A DNA stretch of 64,000 bases from positions 71,655 through 135,654 of IMG/VR virus record IMGVR_UViG_3300037483_000443. The stretch is one strand, 5' to 3'. Position 1 is the first letter of the stretch. Each line of letters begins with the position of its first letter. The position numbers were made by a program, and so were the translations under genes. The DNA comes from a virus. The notes under the pieces were generated by a model. That model ran no database searches, was not told where the DNA came from, and saw only the letters and a program-made list of their open reading frames with translations. Shown piece after piece: positions 36,950 through 46,100 of this stretch.

Positions 36950-37384
36950 TTATATTACAGGTTGAGAAGTCTGTAAACTAAGACTGTATTTGAGAAAAGT
37001 AACGTCGCTGACTAAGATGTGGTGAGTCAACCAGTCAAACAGAAATTGCTGAAGTTCTATCGAGATGTCTTCGCCTTCTTTGAAACGATCAAGATATTTT
37101 TCAGCGTCTTCAAGTAGCATTCGGTGAGCATTGACGTGATCTTCATACTCTGGAAATTTAATCTTGAGCATCTCTTGCTCTTCAGAAGAAAAGTGATCTA
37201 CTGTTTGTTGAATCAACCGCCTAACGATCGAGATGATTCGGTCTTCTGAAGATCCGTCAAAACGAGCTTCATAGAGATCATTGATTGAATTAATGAGGGC
37301 TCTATGCTGCTCGTCTAGAACGCGAGAGCCAAGCATAAAATCATCAGGATTAAGTTGGAGTGGACGTGATAATTTCAAGTTCAC
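36950..37384 (-). CDS. bacteriohemerythrin
   Basis: LDEQH, HFSSEE, HVNAH, WLTHHILVSD di-iron motifs. Confidence 0.9.
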   Translation of the reverse strand: MNLKLSRPLQLNPDDFMLGSRVLDEQHRALINSINDLYEARFDGSSEDRIISIVRRLIQQTVDHFSSEEQEMLKIKFPEYEDHVNAHRMLLEDAEKYLDRFKEGEDISIELQQFLFDWLTHHILVSDVTFLKYSLSLQTSQPVI

Positions 37385-37386
37385 GA

Positions 37387-39195
37387 TCAGATCACTTCAT
37401 TTGATTCATTGAAAATTTGCTTTACTGTCCAAGTAGGAGCAACCGTGTAAGTTACTGTGATCGTATCTGAGGGAGATAAGACAAAAGTACCTGAAGTCAA
37501 CCCTGTAGAGGCTCCTCCGATTGAGATTGCAGACACTGTGCCCCCTCCAACCGTCACCTGTTGATCACAGAACGAGTTGTTTGTGTAAGCTACTCCTGAT
37601 GAAGGGAGAGCGAACCCAGCAGCAGTGAGTGGGGTTGTGATGTATTTGACTCTGTGAACTTGAGGGTTGTACACTCTTAATCTAATGGTGATGCCTGGAG
37701 TTCTTCCTTCTATGCTCACGATGCAAGCAAGGCCTGCGCCTTGAGCCGGGTCTGCAACTGTACTTGCAGTTATGTTACTCAACTTAGGAGTAACTGATCG
37801 AATATCTACTTTCTCTGTGAAGTTTGCTTCATTGAGAGATGTAGTTGTAGGAGCTGACCAATTTGAAACGATTGACCCCGTGAAGAATTGCTGCTTAACG
37901 CTAACGTTGTAGATAAATGGTGCACCGTTAGCTCCATCATCTACAACTACTTTTGCAACTCCTTGCAAAACTTCATTACCATCTAGAGCCGTGTAAGGAG
38001 GAGAAGCCGTTTGAAAGTTTGCTGATAGCTGCAAGGTAGCTCGCCACATATCTCCTGCTGTGCCGCCTAAGCTCATCGGCACTAACAAACACTCATAGAA
38101 ATAGCCGTTTGCATCAAATCCTTGAGTTTGTGTTGCGTTAACAGTCCCAACTTCTGACGTGTAGAAGTGTGAAGTTATGGGAGAAGGAGATGTCAAATTG
38201 ACATAATTTTGTGTAGAAAATCCACTACCAAAAAAACCAATCTTCTTGGGTAACAGAGCTCTAACAGACGACGCAATAGATTTTCCGATGTAGTAAGCAC
38301 CGAGCTTTGACGGGTTAATACTATCTGCAGCATAGAAACCAAGACCTAAATTTGCAAATCCATTCACGTCTTTGAGTAAGATAGTAGTATCTACGTATAG
38401 AGACTGTGCCTTGAAATTTAACAACCATGATTCTATTGAAGAATTTACCGAGTCGATCAGAGCTTGAACTGCTGCATGGCTCGCAACTGGGGCATTAACA
38501 GGATTGATCGATTCAAAGACCACATACTTTCCAGCTTTGAATATCTCAAGGATGAGATGCTGCAAATTTGCAACAGTTGTCGCGGCTGGTGTCAGTGCGA
38601 TGCAATCATTGACACCATATTGAATGAATACGACTTGAACATCTGATTTGATCAGGTCAAGATATGTTTTTCCGTTGGTTCTTGAAGTAGAAGCCCAAAG
38701 TGCAGCCGTATCTCCGTCTACTGCGTAAGACCGAGAATACTCTGCATCTTGCATGTGAGCGACAGTCCACATCGAGGAACGATTGTTAGCAAATGATGTA
38801 CCAGTGCCACTACATTCTGGTGTAGTTCCGCTAAATGAATTGTAACGACTATCACCCCAGAACGCACATTCGTAGGGTGTAAGAGACGATTTTTGTAGAT
38901 TTAGAGCTGTAGTTCCTGTAGGACTGATGAGATTGATCAAGTCACCGTTTACATCATGGGTGTAGATCTCATTGATCAACGTTTGAATAGCTAAAAGCAA
39001 CTGAGCATTGTTTTGTGGGTCAAGATTGACTCCAGTTGCTTCAATTACTCTTGAAATTTCTTCTTGAACTGCGTTAAAGAAAGTAGCATCGGCGACCGTG
39101 CCGCGCACGTTCAAAGATGCAAAAGCATCTTTGAACCCGTCTTTACCTGTTCCAAACATGTTGGGCACGCGATTTGCAGTATCAATTCTTTTCAT
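37387..39195 (-). CDS. tail fibre/spike with SGNH hydrolase-like domain
   Basis: N-terminus like Mu tail fibre (MKRIDT...FG.GK.GF...NAVQEE); GDS, GVND, DSINP blocks. Confidence 0.75.
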   Translation of the reverse strand: MKRIDTANRVPNMFGTGKDGFKDAFASLNVRGTVADATFFNAVQEEISRVIEATGVNLDPQNNAQLLLAIQTLINEIYTHDVNGDLINLISPTGTTALNLQKSSLTPYECAFWGDSRYNSFSGTTPECSGTGTSFANNRSSMWTVAHMQDAEYSRSYAVDGDTAALWASTSRTNGKTYLDLIKSDVQVVFIQYGVNDCIALTPAATTVANLQHLILEIFKAGKYVVFESINPVNAPVASHAAVQALIDSVNSSIESWLLNFKAQSLYVDTTILLKDVNGFANLGLGFYAADSINPSKLGAYYIGKSIASSVRALLPKKIGFFGSGFSTQNYVNLTSPSPITSHFYTSEVGTVNATQTQGFDANGYFYECLLVPMSLGGTAGDMWRATLQLSANFQTASPPYTALDGNEVLQGVAKVVVDDGANGAPFIYNVSVKQQFFTGSIVSNWSAPTTTSLNEANFTEKVDIRSVTPKLSNITASTVADPAQGAGLACIVSIEGRTPGITIRLRVYNPQVHRVKYITTPLTAAGFALPSSGVAYTNNSFCDQQVTVGGGTVSAISIGGASTGLTSGTFVLSPSDTITVTYTVAPTWTVKQIFNESNEVI

Positions 39196-39620
39196 AATTT
39201 ATCGGTAGTAATGATGTTGAAGATGACGTCTTCATTGCGATCTTTTGCCTGACGAAGCGCGCTCTTGACATCAGCGAGACCGCCGTTCTTCTCGTTAATG
39301 GCAGCATTCGTGAGGTCAGAAACTTTGGTATTCATCCCAGAGCGAACTGCGGCGAAGATCGCATTTTGCACCATTCCATCTTCTTCAATGATGGCCAAGA
39401 TTGCAACACGTCCTTCAGTAAAGCGCTTGAACGCTTTACTCGGGTCGCTAGATTGATTGGAGCTTTGAGAGAGAAGAGCAAGCTTCTCTGAGTTAAGATC
39501 AAGCCCTACCGTCTTACCAATTGATTCAAAGACTGGATCTAGCTGATCTTGAGGAACTCCGGCAGAATCCTCGGTGAAGAAGGACTCGATGATACTGCTT
39601 TTGATTTCTGCTAATTTCAT
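39192..39620 (-). CDS. putative late/virion protein
   Basis: MKLAEI...IIES leader; ATAAATA at 39652-39658. Confidence 0.6.
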   Translation of the reverse strand: MKLAEIKSSIIESFFTEDSAGVPQDQLDPVFESIGKTVGLDLNSEKLALLSQSSNQSSDPSKAFKRFTEGRVAILAIIEEDGMVQNAIFAAVRSGMNTKVSDLTNAAINEKNGGLADVKSALRQAKDRNEDVIFNIITTDKL

Positions 39621-39683
39621 TCACAATTCCTCTCGGTCAGTGTTCCGAGAGTATTTATTTCATCATCAAACGATGTTTGATTT

Positions 39684-40742
39684 TTATTGCTTGGTTGAAT
39701 CTTGCAGCCAAGTTGCAGCTGTTTGACCATTACTGAAACGGTCTTCGGTGAACTCGGTCAACTCTAGAGTTGAGAGTCCTAAGTCCATCGCAACATCTAG
39801 CAGAATTTGGGTGACAACGGACGTGTCGAGACGCTGATGATTCATCATGTGCGTCTTAAGAGTAGAAGTAACCTGCGAGAAGATCTTTTTCTTATCTTCA
39901 GACGTTTTATTCGTCTTTTTGACATCTTCAAGTTCTCCTGTAAGTTCTTGAATCCGAATCTTGGCTGCATCTGCGTACGTCGAAAGTCCTTTCTTCACCC
40001 CATCAACCATGAATAGTTCATGGTCAAGTTTTTCTTTCTCGCGAGCCAGATTCACGTACTTTCGTGTAAAGCCGATCTGCAGCTTCATCTTCAGAGTGAT
40101 CATTTGATATGCCTGAAGCAGTTCTGGGAAGAGCTTCGAAGCAGTCTTGAGCATCGGGAGGAAGACATCTTCAGCTTCATCAGCATAGCTATCCATCTTG
40201 GAGATAGAGAAAACGTCAATCATCGTGGAGAGGTTGTCGTTGCGATCAAGACCTTTGACGATCGAAGCGATCAAGTCCTGGCCGATCTCGCGAATGTACT
40301 CTTCCTTGTTCTTGTGTTGTCCGACGAACTTCTTTGTCAACTTCCAGCAGATCTCAGCGATCTTTTTGCCGAAGTTATTGTAGATCTCTTCATATGAGAT
40401 GCTGTGGTCTTCTTGAACGTCATGCAACAAAGCCGCAACAATGCAAAGTTCTTCTTGCTTGTCAGTCAGACCCTTCAGTTGAGTAACAGACAGAGCAATG
40501 CGAATCTGGTGGTGGAGGCTTGGAGTGACCTTGTCTTTACGGAAACGCTCTTCAGCCGGAATTCTGAACTCGATGCGTTCGATGTATCCGAGAGCCTTGA
40601 TCGCCTTGTTGTATCCCTTCCCGATCAGGTAATACTTCAAAGCGGTCTTTTCGCGCTCATACTGAAGAGCATTCTTGAGACGCTGTTGTTTAAGGCTATC
40701 TATGTCAACACCGGATTGATCGAGAAGAGTAAAGTCAGTCAT
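39684..40742 (-). CDS. HD-domain hydrolase (SpoT/Mesh1-like) with coiled-coil tail
   Basis: RKD...P...H, ALLHDVQED, LTK, KGLDRNDN. Confidence 0.8.
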   Translation of the reverse strand: MTDFTLLDQSGVDIDSLKQQRLKNALQYEREKTALKYYLIGKGYNKAIKALGYIERIEFRIPAEERFRKDKVTPSLHHQIRIALSVTQLKGLTDKQEELCIVAALLHDVQEDHSISYEEIYNNFGKKIAEICWKLTKKFVGQHKNKEEYIREIGQDLIASIVKGLDRNDNLSTMIDVFSISKMDSYADEAEDVFLPMLKTASKLFPELLQAYQMITLKMKLQIGFTRKYVNLAREKEKLDHELFMVDGVKKGLSTYADAAKIRIQELTGELEDVKKTNKTSEDKKKIFSQVTSTLKTHMMNHQRLDTSVVTQILLDVAMDLGLSTLELTEFTEDRFSNGQTAATWLQDSTKQ

Positions 40743-40979
40743 GACAAGAAGACCTTTGCTGTGTTAGAAAAGACGTGAAGTTCAACGTTGTAGACTTTGC
40801 CACAATCACCTATATTGTCACTCCAACATACGTTATCTCCGATACGAGGAACAAAGATAGGCGTACGGGCGTCATTAGCACGAACCGTTTTGACCAGTTC
40901 ATTTTTAAAGTAGTATGTAACAACAAAGACTTGCATTTGACCTCCAATTCCAGAAAATTCATTATAACACAAGTCCCAG

Positions 40980-41013
40980 AAAAAAGAAAGGAGAGATTAC
41001 TCTCTCCTCTTTT
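40980..41013. terminator. probable terminator
   Basis: AGGAGAGA-ttac-TCTCTCCT flanked by A and T runs. Confidence 0.6.
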
Positions 41014-41027
41014 AAGCTAAGCCATGA

Positions 41028-41732
41028 TCATGGCTTAGGTGGAACTGCAGCTGCTGTGGCGTACATCTTCGACATGTCGAGACCAGAACCATCAGTAGAA
41101 GTACCGTCAGCATAGAACATGTCAACTCCTCGAGTAGCGGATGCCGCGCAGTTTAGGGTAGTGAACGCATCCTTTGCTCCTTTGCTATCATAGGTGAAGT
41201 TTACTGCATTTGAAGCCTTGATTCCCATCTGAGTAGCTACTGCCTGTGCATTCATGTTTGCCCCGATGAATAGAACTTCCCAACCGTGCTCGCGCTCGAC
41301 GTCCTTGATCATCTTTTGCAAATTTGTGTAATTGTACTCTTTACTGGAGTTCTCTTGTCCGTCAGTCAAGATCGCGACGATCGTCTTCGTATTCTTCGGA
41401 TTGTCGTTCTTGAAGCGAGATATCGTCATCCCGACGGCGTCATACAGAGCGGTCATACCTCGAGGCACGAAGGTCTTGGAGTCAAGAGCCGATACTTCAT
41501 TGAGTGGAACGTTGTTATGGACAACCAGATACTCATGGTCAAACTGCACCAGAGATAGCGTCGCCTTGCCGGGAACTGCTTTCTGTGATTCTAGGAACGA
41601 ATTAAAGCCGCCAATTGTTTCGTCTTTGATGCTATCCATTGAACCGGAACGGTCGAGGATGAAGAAGATGCGAGCATTCTGAGGCTTGGTCTTCTTGGTA
41701 ACTTTCTTCTTAGGTGTAATCATTTGTGTCAT
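41028..41732 (-). CDS. vWA-domain protein
   Basis: DRSGSM MIDAS, GMTALYDA, ILTDGQENSS, FIGAN. Confidence 0.88.
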   Translation of the reverse strand: MTQMITPKKKVTKKTKPQNARIFFILDRSGSMDSIKDETIGGFNSFLESQKAVPGKATLSLVQFDHEYLVVHNNVPLNEVSALDSKTFVPRGMTALYDAVGMTISRFKNDNPKNTKTIVAILTDGQENSSKEYNYTNLQKMIKDVEREHGWEVLFIGANMNAQAVATQMGIKASNAVNFTYDSKGAKDAFTTLNCAASATRGVDMFYADGTSTDGSGLDMSKMYATAAAVPPKP

Positions 41733-41743
41733 GTCGTCTCTCC

Positions 41744-42529
41744 TTAGTCTATGATTTGCAGCGATGTGCCACATTGTGAGCAGAATTTTGCTGCGGTTGA
41801 TCTACTGCGGTGTCCGCAAGTAGTGCATGAAGTTCTGTTACGAGTTGTTACCGTCTTTGAAACTGTCTTACCGTCGTGTTCACCCATCAGTTTCAAGATG
41901 ATCACATACTTCTGACTCTCCAGTGGAAAGTTAGTTACATTGTTGAACCCTTGATCTGAGATTGAACCCGGCGCAGTAATTCCAGAAGATGACGTGAAGA
42001 CTCCGTTGACTGTAGGATAAGACCCTACTGAAGAGCTTCCGCAATATCCACCAATCGTAGTATTGTTGTAGTAATGTGGACCAGGATCACCAGTCCCACC
42101 GCTTCTTAACAACCACTTATCACGATTCCACGGGTCATTTGGATAAGGTAACGGTGCATAGATGTTGTGGAACATCTGAATCTTCTCGTATTGGAACTCA
42201 ATGCGAACGAGACCGTCATCTACGCGAATACCTCGGTGACTTGCAACCTCAGCAGTGCGCTTGATGAACTTGAACTTATGGCCTCGATCAAGGTTGCCAC
42301 CCTTGATGAAGCGCTCTAGCTCGATGCCATCGTTAGGATTGACGACGAGTGACACTCCCTCAGTCGCATCAACGCCGTCGATTTCAACCTTAACGGAAGC
42401 ACGAACAGAATTTTTGTTCTTGATAAAGAGACTATACTCTGTGCTGAAAGGCAAGTACACTTGATCTTCAAACTCTCGAAGAACTTTTCCGTCAGCCTTG
42501 ATAGCTACTGCCAATTTGTTACTATACAT
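41744..42529 (-). CDS. hypothetical protein with C-terminal double Zn ribbon
   Basis: MYSNKL start with AAGGAG RBS; CTTCG...FCSQCG. Confidence 0.8.
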   Translation of the reverse strand: MYSNKLAVAIKADGKVLREFEDQVYLPFSTEYSLFIKNKNSVRASVKVEIDGVDATEGVSLVVNPNDGIELERFIKGGNLDRGHKFKFIKRTAEVASHRGIRVDDGLVRIEFQYEKIQMFHNIYAPLPYPNDPWNRDKWLLRSGGTGDPGPHYYNNTTIGGYCGSSSVGSYPTVNGVFTSSSGITAPGSISDQGFNNVTNFPLESQKYVIILKLMGEHDGKTVSKTVTTRNRTSCTTCGHRSRSTAAKFCSQCGTSLQIID

Positions 42530-42609
42530 TTTACTTCTCCTTAGACGCACAGGCCAAGCGTCGTGATTAAGCCTGTTTCCACGATCTGCCAACACGGTTA
42601 TTATTGATA

Positions 42610-42736
42610 GCAGATTGATGTGAGATAACCATTTTGTCCCAGAACCTGTATAATTCTTAAGATTCTTAGATATGGTCTTACCGAAATAGAGTTTTCCGGT
42701 GATAGAGTGTTGCTTTATGTAAAGATATGTAGGCAT
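42610..42736 (-). pseudogene. GIY-YIG endonuclease N-terminal remnant
   Basis: [21 protein letters not shown]...Y.GSG..W..H, near copy of the 44446 gene N-terminus. Confidence 0.7.
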
Positions 42737-43097
42737 AAAAGCTCTCATATCATGCTCCCATGGTCGACTGACTGGCAACCAAGACATAAGTCAGTTAAAG
42801 TTCGGTACTGCTACTACAAGAACACGTTGAACCAGTCCATGTTCTTTCTTATTTATGATGTCAATTTCCTGGGTAGAGCCAGTTCATAACGATCTCAATA
42901 CCGATCAAGACGATCGCGATGATTCCAACCCACTGGAGTAAGCTGTCAAAGCTGATGGTGATTGTCATCTTTGCTCCAATGCTGGAATTCAGGATTGCTC
43001 TCTATGTCTAGATCTTCTTGTGGTTGACCCACACAGATCGCGTCATTAGGACACTTCTCAAGTATCTTCATGAGCCATTCTTTGGTGATATTGAACT

Positions 43098-43394
43098 TCA
43101 TAGAAGTATGTTCTTTCCTGAGATGATTCCAGAGAGGACGCTGTCTAACCACCAGTGTGGAAACTTTTCATCGAGGTAGAGCTCATACTTGATCAGAACC
43201 CCAGCTTCAATGTCTTCTTTCCACATTGCAACATTGACGTTCAGCCATTTCTTGCCGTGGTAGAATCCGTTGTTACTTTTGGGAGTTGAGCCACCGTATG
43301 ACTCATAGTTGTATAGCTCGATGAGAGCTTCATCAGAAAAGTCTAGATTAGAGTTCTCTTCTGGATGAGCGAACATCCGATAGAGCTCGGACAT
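43098..43394 (-). CDS. hypothetical protein, start uncertain
   Basis: frame open a further 31 codons upstream to a TAA. Confidence 0.55.
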   Translation of the reverse strand: MSELYRMFAHPEENSNLDFSDEALIELYNYESYGGSTPKSNNGFYHGKKWLNVNVAMWKEDIEAGVLIKYELYLDEKFPHWWLDSVLSGIISGKNILL

Positions 43395-43563
43395 TCGAAG
43401 AAATTTACCGGAACACCCTTTTACAGAGTGACGTGGTTCACCGTTGTGGTGCTTGCGTTTAGCGATGACATAGACAACCTCCCTGAATTAAGCGGTTGGC
43501 GCCTTTTCAAGCGCCTTCCGAACTCTTTCTACCTCGGTTGGTAGATGAGATATTACTCGTTCA

Positions 43564-43767
43564 TCAAACGGCCTGGATGTTTGATGCTTGTTTGCCCTTC
43601 GGACCGGTAGTCACGTCAAACGAGACTTTCTGACCTTCCTTGAGGGATTTGAATCCGTTCATATTGATCGCAGAGAAGTGTGCGAAGAGATCATCGCTGC
43701 CATTGTCGGGCGTAATAAAGCCGAAACCCTTAGCGTCATTGAACCACTTACAAATTCCTGTTGCCAT
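43564..43767 (-). CDS. cspA: cold-shock protein
   Basis: [12 protein letters not shown] (RNP1), LFAHFSAI (RNP2), [10 protein letters not shown]. Confidence 0.95.
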   Translation of the reverse strand: MATGICKWFNDAKGFGFITPDNGSDDLFAHFSAINMNGFKSLKEGQKVSFDVTTGPKGKQASNIQAV

Positions 43768-44446
43768 TTTCTATTTCCTTAAAATTAACAGCTTGCACGA
43801 TTGCTTGCCGTTTCTTACATCTATCAAAGTGATAATGTTTCATAGCACTTTTTCCGCCTTTAAGACCGCAATGAGGGCACATAATTAACTCTTGCGGACC
43901 TTTCATTTTACCTTTCAATGAAGCAGAAATTTTTGCTTTTTGTTCTGCTGATTTAGGGATTCCTAATTGATTTCCCTTACCAGCAATAGATCTTATTCTT
44001 TTGCCTTCTTCAGACATTGGTCCTTTGGGTTTCCTCATTTTCTGCTTATCTTCTTCAGATCTGAGTTTACCTTTAAGGGCTGCTGATTTCTTAGCTTTGG
44101 TCTCTTCAGAATCAGGCCCACGCCGATTCACGACCGTGTGTTTCAAACCAAGAACTCCACCACCTTCAAGACCATCTTCTGGCTTTAAATTTGCCCAAGA
44201 ATCTGATTCAACAATTTCCCACATGCTAGAACACATGAGAGCAAATTCTTTGATACTGTCTTCATCAAAGAAGAGACAATACCAAATAGTCTCTACGTGT
44301 TCATATCCGTGAACTTTTAGATGACTATTCCAATAGGTTCCAGACCCATTGTACTCAAGCAGGTGTTGTTCAATCAGAGTAGATTTGCCAAAGTATAGCA
44401 AACCGGTAATTGCATGCTGTTTGATGTAAAGATAGGTTGGTTTCAT
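43748..44446 (-). CDS. GIY-YIG homing endonuclease with NUMOD3 repeats
   Basis: [29 protein letters not shown] repeats, CPHCG...HFDRCK; TATAAATA at 44452-44459. Confidence 0.85.
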   Translation of the reverse strand: MKPTYLYIKQHAITGLLYFGKSTLIEQHLLEYNGSGTYWNSHLKVHGYEHVETIWYCLFFDEDSIKEFALMCSSMWEIVESDSWANLKPEDGLEGGGVLGLKHTVVNRRGPDSEETKAKKSAALKGKLRSEEDKQKMRKPKGPMSEEGKRIRSIAGKGNQLGIPKSAEQKAKISASLKGKMKGPQELIMCPHCGLKGGKSAMKHYHFDRCKKRQAIVQAVNFKEIENGNRNL

Positions 44447-44532
44447 GAAGCTATTTATAGCTTCACTACTTTACCTTTTGCTTCTTGGTTCCACCAAGTC
44501 AGAGTCAACTGACAAGATGAAGTGGTAATGCA

Positions 44533-44873
44533 GTAAACTAGAGATGAGGTCGAACAGCGCCTTACCGGCCCTCTCGGGTAAATTCTACACCTCTAGCGTA
44601 GAATCGGTATCTTGGATTAACCTTTGTCCCCAAGCTTAGGGCCACATAACCAATGGCGAGGACATACTATACCAGCATGCTCAGTTCCGGAATTATCTGG
44701 AATCAAGTTGACTTTTTCTCAGTCAACTAATGAGAGATGCTAGTTTCGAAGTGAGCTCCTACTAGGGGCCAAAATCTATTTCGAGGTTTCCCTCTTGAAG
44801 TCCAAGATTTCTCTTGGCAAGCATCATACTTCCTCAGTAGTCGAAGTATCGCTATCCAATGCAGCTAGTTTAC
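44533..44873 (-). ncRNA. WUACUUCG-core RNA, copy 5 (large ~290-nt cargo)
   Basis: GTAAACTAG/CTAGTTTAC stem, TGCATTG, TAGCG-ATACTTCG...CGCTG; multiple inner hairpins. Confidence 0.68.
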
Positions 44874-44918
44874 CGGATTCACGTAAGGGAATCGAACCCT
44901 CATCAACTGTTCGTGAAC

Positions 44919-45287
44919 TTACAACTCTTCTATCCTGACGTAGATCTTTTCGGGTGGTACCTGAAAGTACAGCAAAAAGCTTGGACAGAGCCAACCTTCT
45001 TGATTTAGAAGATCACACCAGTACTTATGCCAGATCTCAGTTTCAAGAGGTCCTAATGTATCTGACTTAATGTAATCAAGAACTACTGCGCCGTCGATCG
45101 GCTCATCGGAGATCGTCAATTGAACAGGACCTACAAATTTGTAGGTTAGCTTGTCAAGCATTTTGTCGATACCGTTGATTAGACCCTCTTTAAGAAGACC
45201 ATGAACTGGATCGTCAAATACCCACTCTTTATAAGAGAAGGCATTCATGATCTTGTATGGAAAGAGGACAAATTGTCTTATGTACAT
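44919..45287 (-). CDS. hypothetical protein
   Basis: WVFDD...L.KE..I.GID...GWLCP....YF..PP..IY; promoter 45294-45323. Confidence 0.7.
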   Translation of the reverse strand: MYIRQFVLFPYKIMNAFSYKEWVFDDPVHGLLKEGLINGIDKMLDKLTYKFVGPVQLTISDEPIDGAVVLDYIKSDTLGPLETEIWHKYWCDLLNQEGWLCPSFLLYFQVPPEKIYVRIEEL

Positions 45288-45331
45288 GGAATCATTGTAT
45301 CACAAACTCATGAGTTTGTAAACAACTTTGT

Positions 45332-45403
45332 TGGAAGCGACGTGTGGAGTCGAACCACAGGAGATAGGCTTATGAGACCTATTTGAATCCCATTCTCATC
45401 GCA
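45332..45403 (-). tRNA. atypical tRNA(CAU), reduced D arm
   Basis: GAAT-GGG-ATTC mini D arm, loop CTCATAA, 1:72 mismatch, CCA. Confidence 0.7.
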
Positions 45404-45445
45404 GGACCTACAAGTCAGAATCAACCAAACTTGTAGATGAATAGC

Positions 45446-45599
45446 TTGATGAGAAGGGTGTCGGTATGAGCTTTCAGTGCCGCTGTTTTACCATTAAACT
45501 ACACCCTCACAGTAAAGCATTACATCGGAGAGGGCACCGGGAATCGAACCACGGAACCGCGGCTTGGGATCGAAGTATCTCAAGCCTACGCAACATCAA
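45446..45599 (-). ncRNA. WUACUUCG-core RNA, copy 6, carrying a full permuted tRNA module (YrlA-like)
   Basis: TTGATG/CATCAA stem, TGCGTAG, TGAG-ATACTTCG; GCCGC-T arm-TGCCCTC..GAGGGTG-D arm-GCGGC. Confidence 0.78.
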
Positions 45600-45815
45600 A
45601 CGGATCTACAGAGCTAGAGTCAACCAACTCTGTAGACAGGGGCGTCTCACGACGTTAAACCGTTACCGCGGGGATACCGGGGTCCTACAGCATGCTGTAG
45701 GAGATTTTAAGCCGGAACTGTTGATACAAGTTGGATTCAACACTACCAGCGTATCAACCGATAGCTCCACCAACCTTGTCACTTCTTACGGCGAATGCGA
45801 AAGTGACGCAGATTC

Positions 45816-45890
45816 GGAGCGGCAGACCGGGTACGATCCGGCAACCTTGACGTTGGCAACGTCACGCTCTACCAATTGAGCTACTGCCGC
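45816..45890 (-). tRNA. tRNA-Gly(GCC)
   Basis: loop TTGCCAA, T loop ATCGTAC, ends CC-G. Confidence 0.88.
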
Positions 45891-46027
45891 ATAATGGGTT
45901 GTCACCGAACTCTTTCTTTACACTCTGAACGAATTTCTCCGGGAATGCACTTGTAAGTCACAAGATTACTTTCGGCTTCACTTACAACAACTACACACAG
46001 AATGTGCACACACTCTGCTATCACGAC

Positions 46028-46100
46028 GGTGCGGGCTAGGAGAATCGAACTCCTGACGTCTGGTTGGAAGCCAGTGGTTTTGCCATTAAACTAAGCACGC
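46028..46100 (-). tRNA. tRNA-Gly(UCC)
   Basis: loop CTTCCAA, ends CC-G. Confidence 0.85.

Noticed and set aside
41744-42787. 347 aa endonuclease-Zn ribbon fusion protein
   Set aside because: Better explained as a GIY-YIG remnant in frame with a gene that has its own RBS and ATG at 42529
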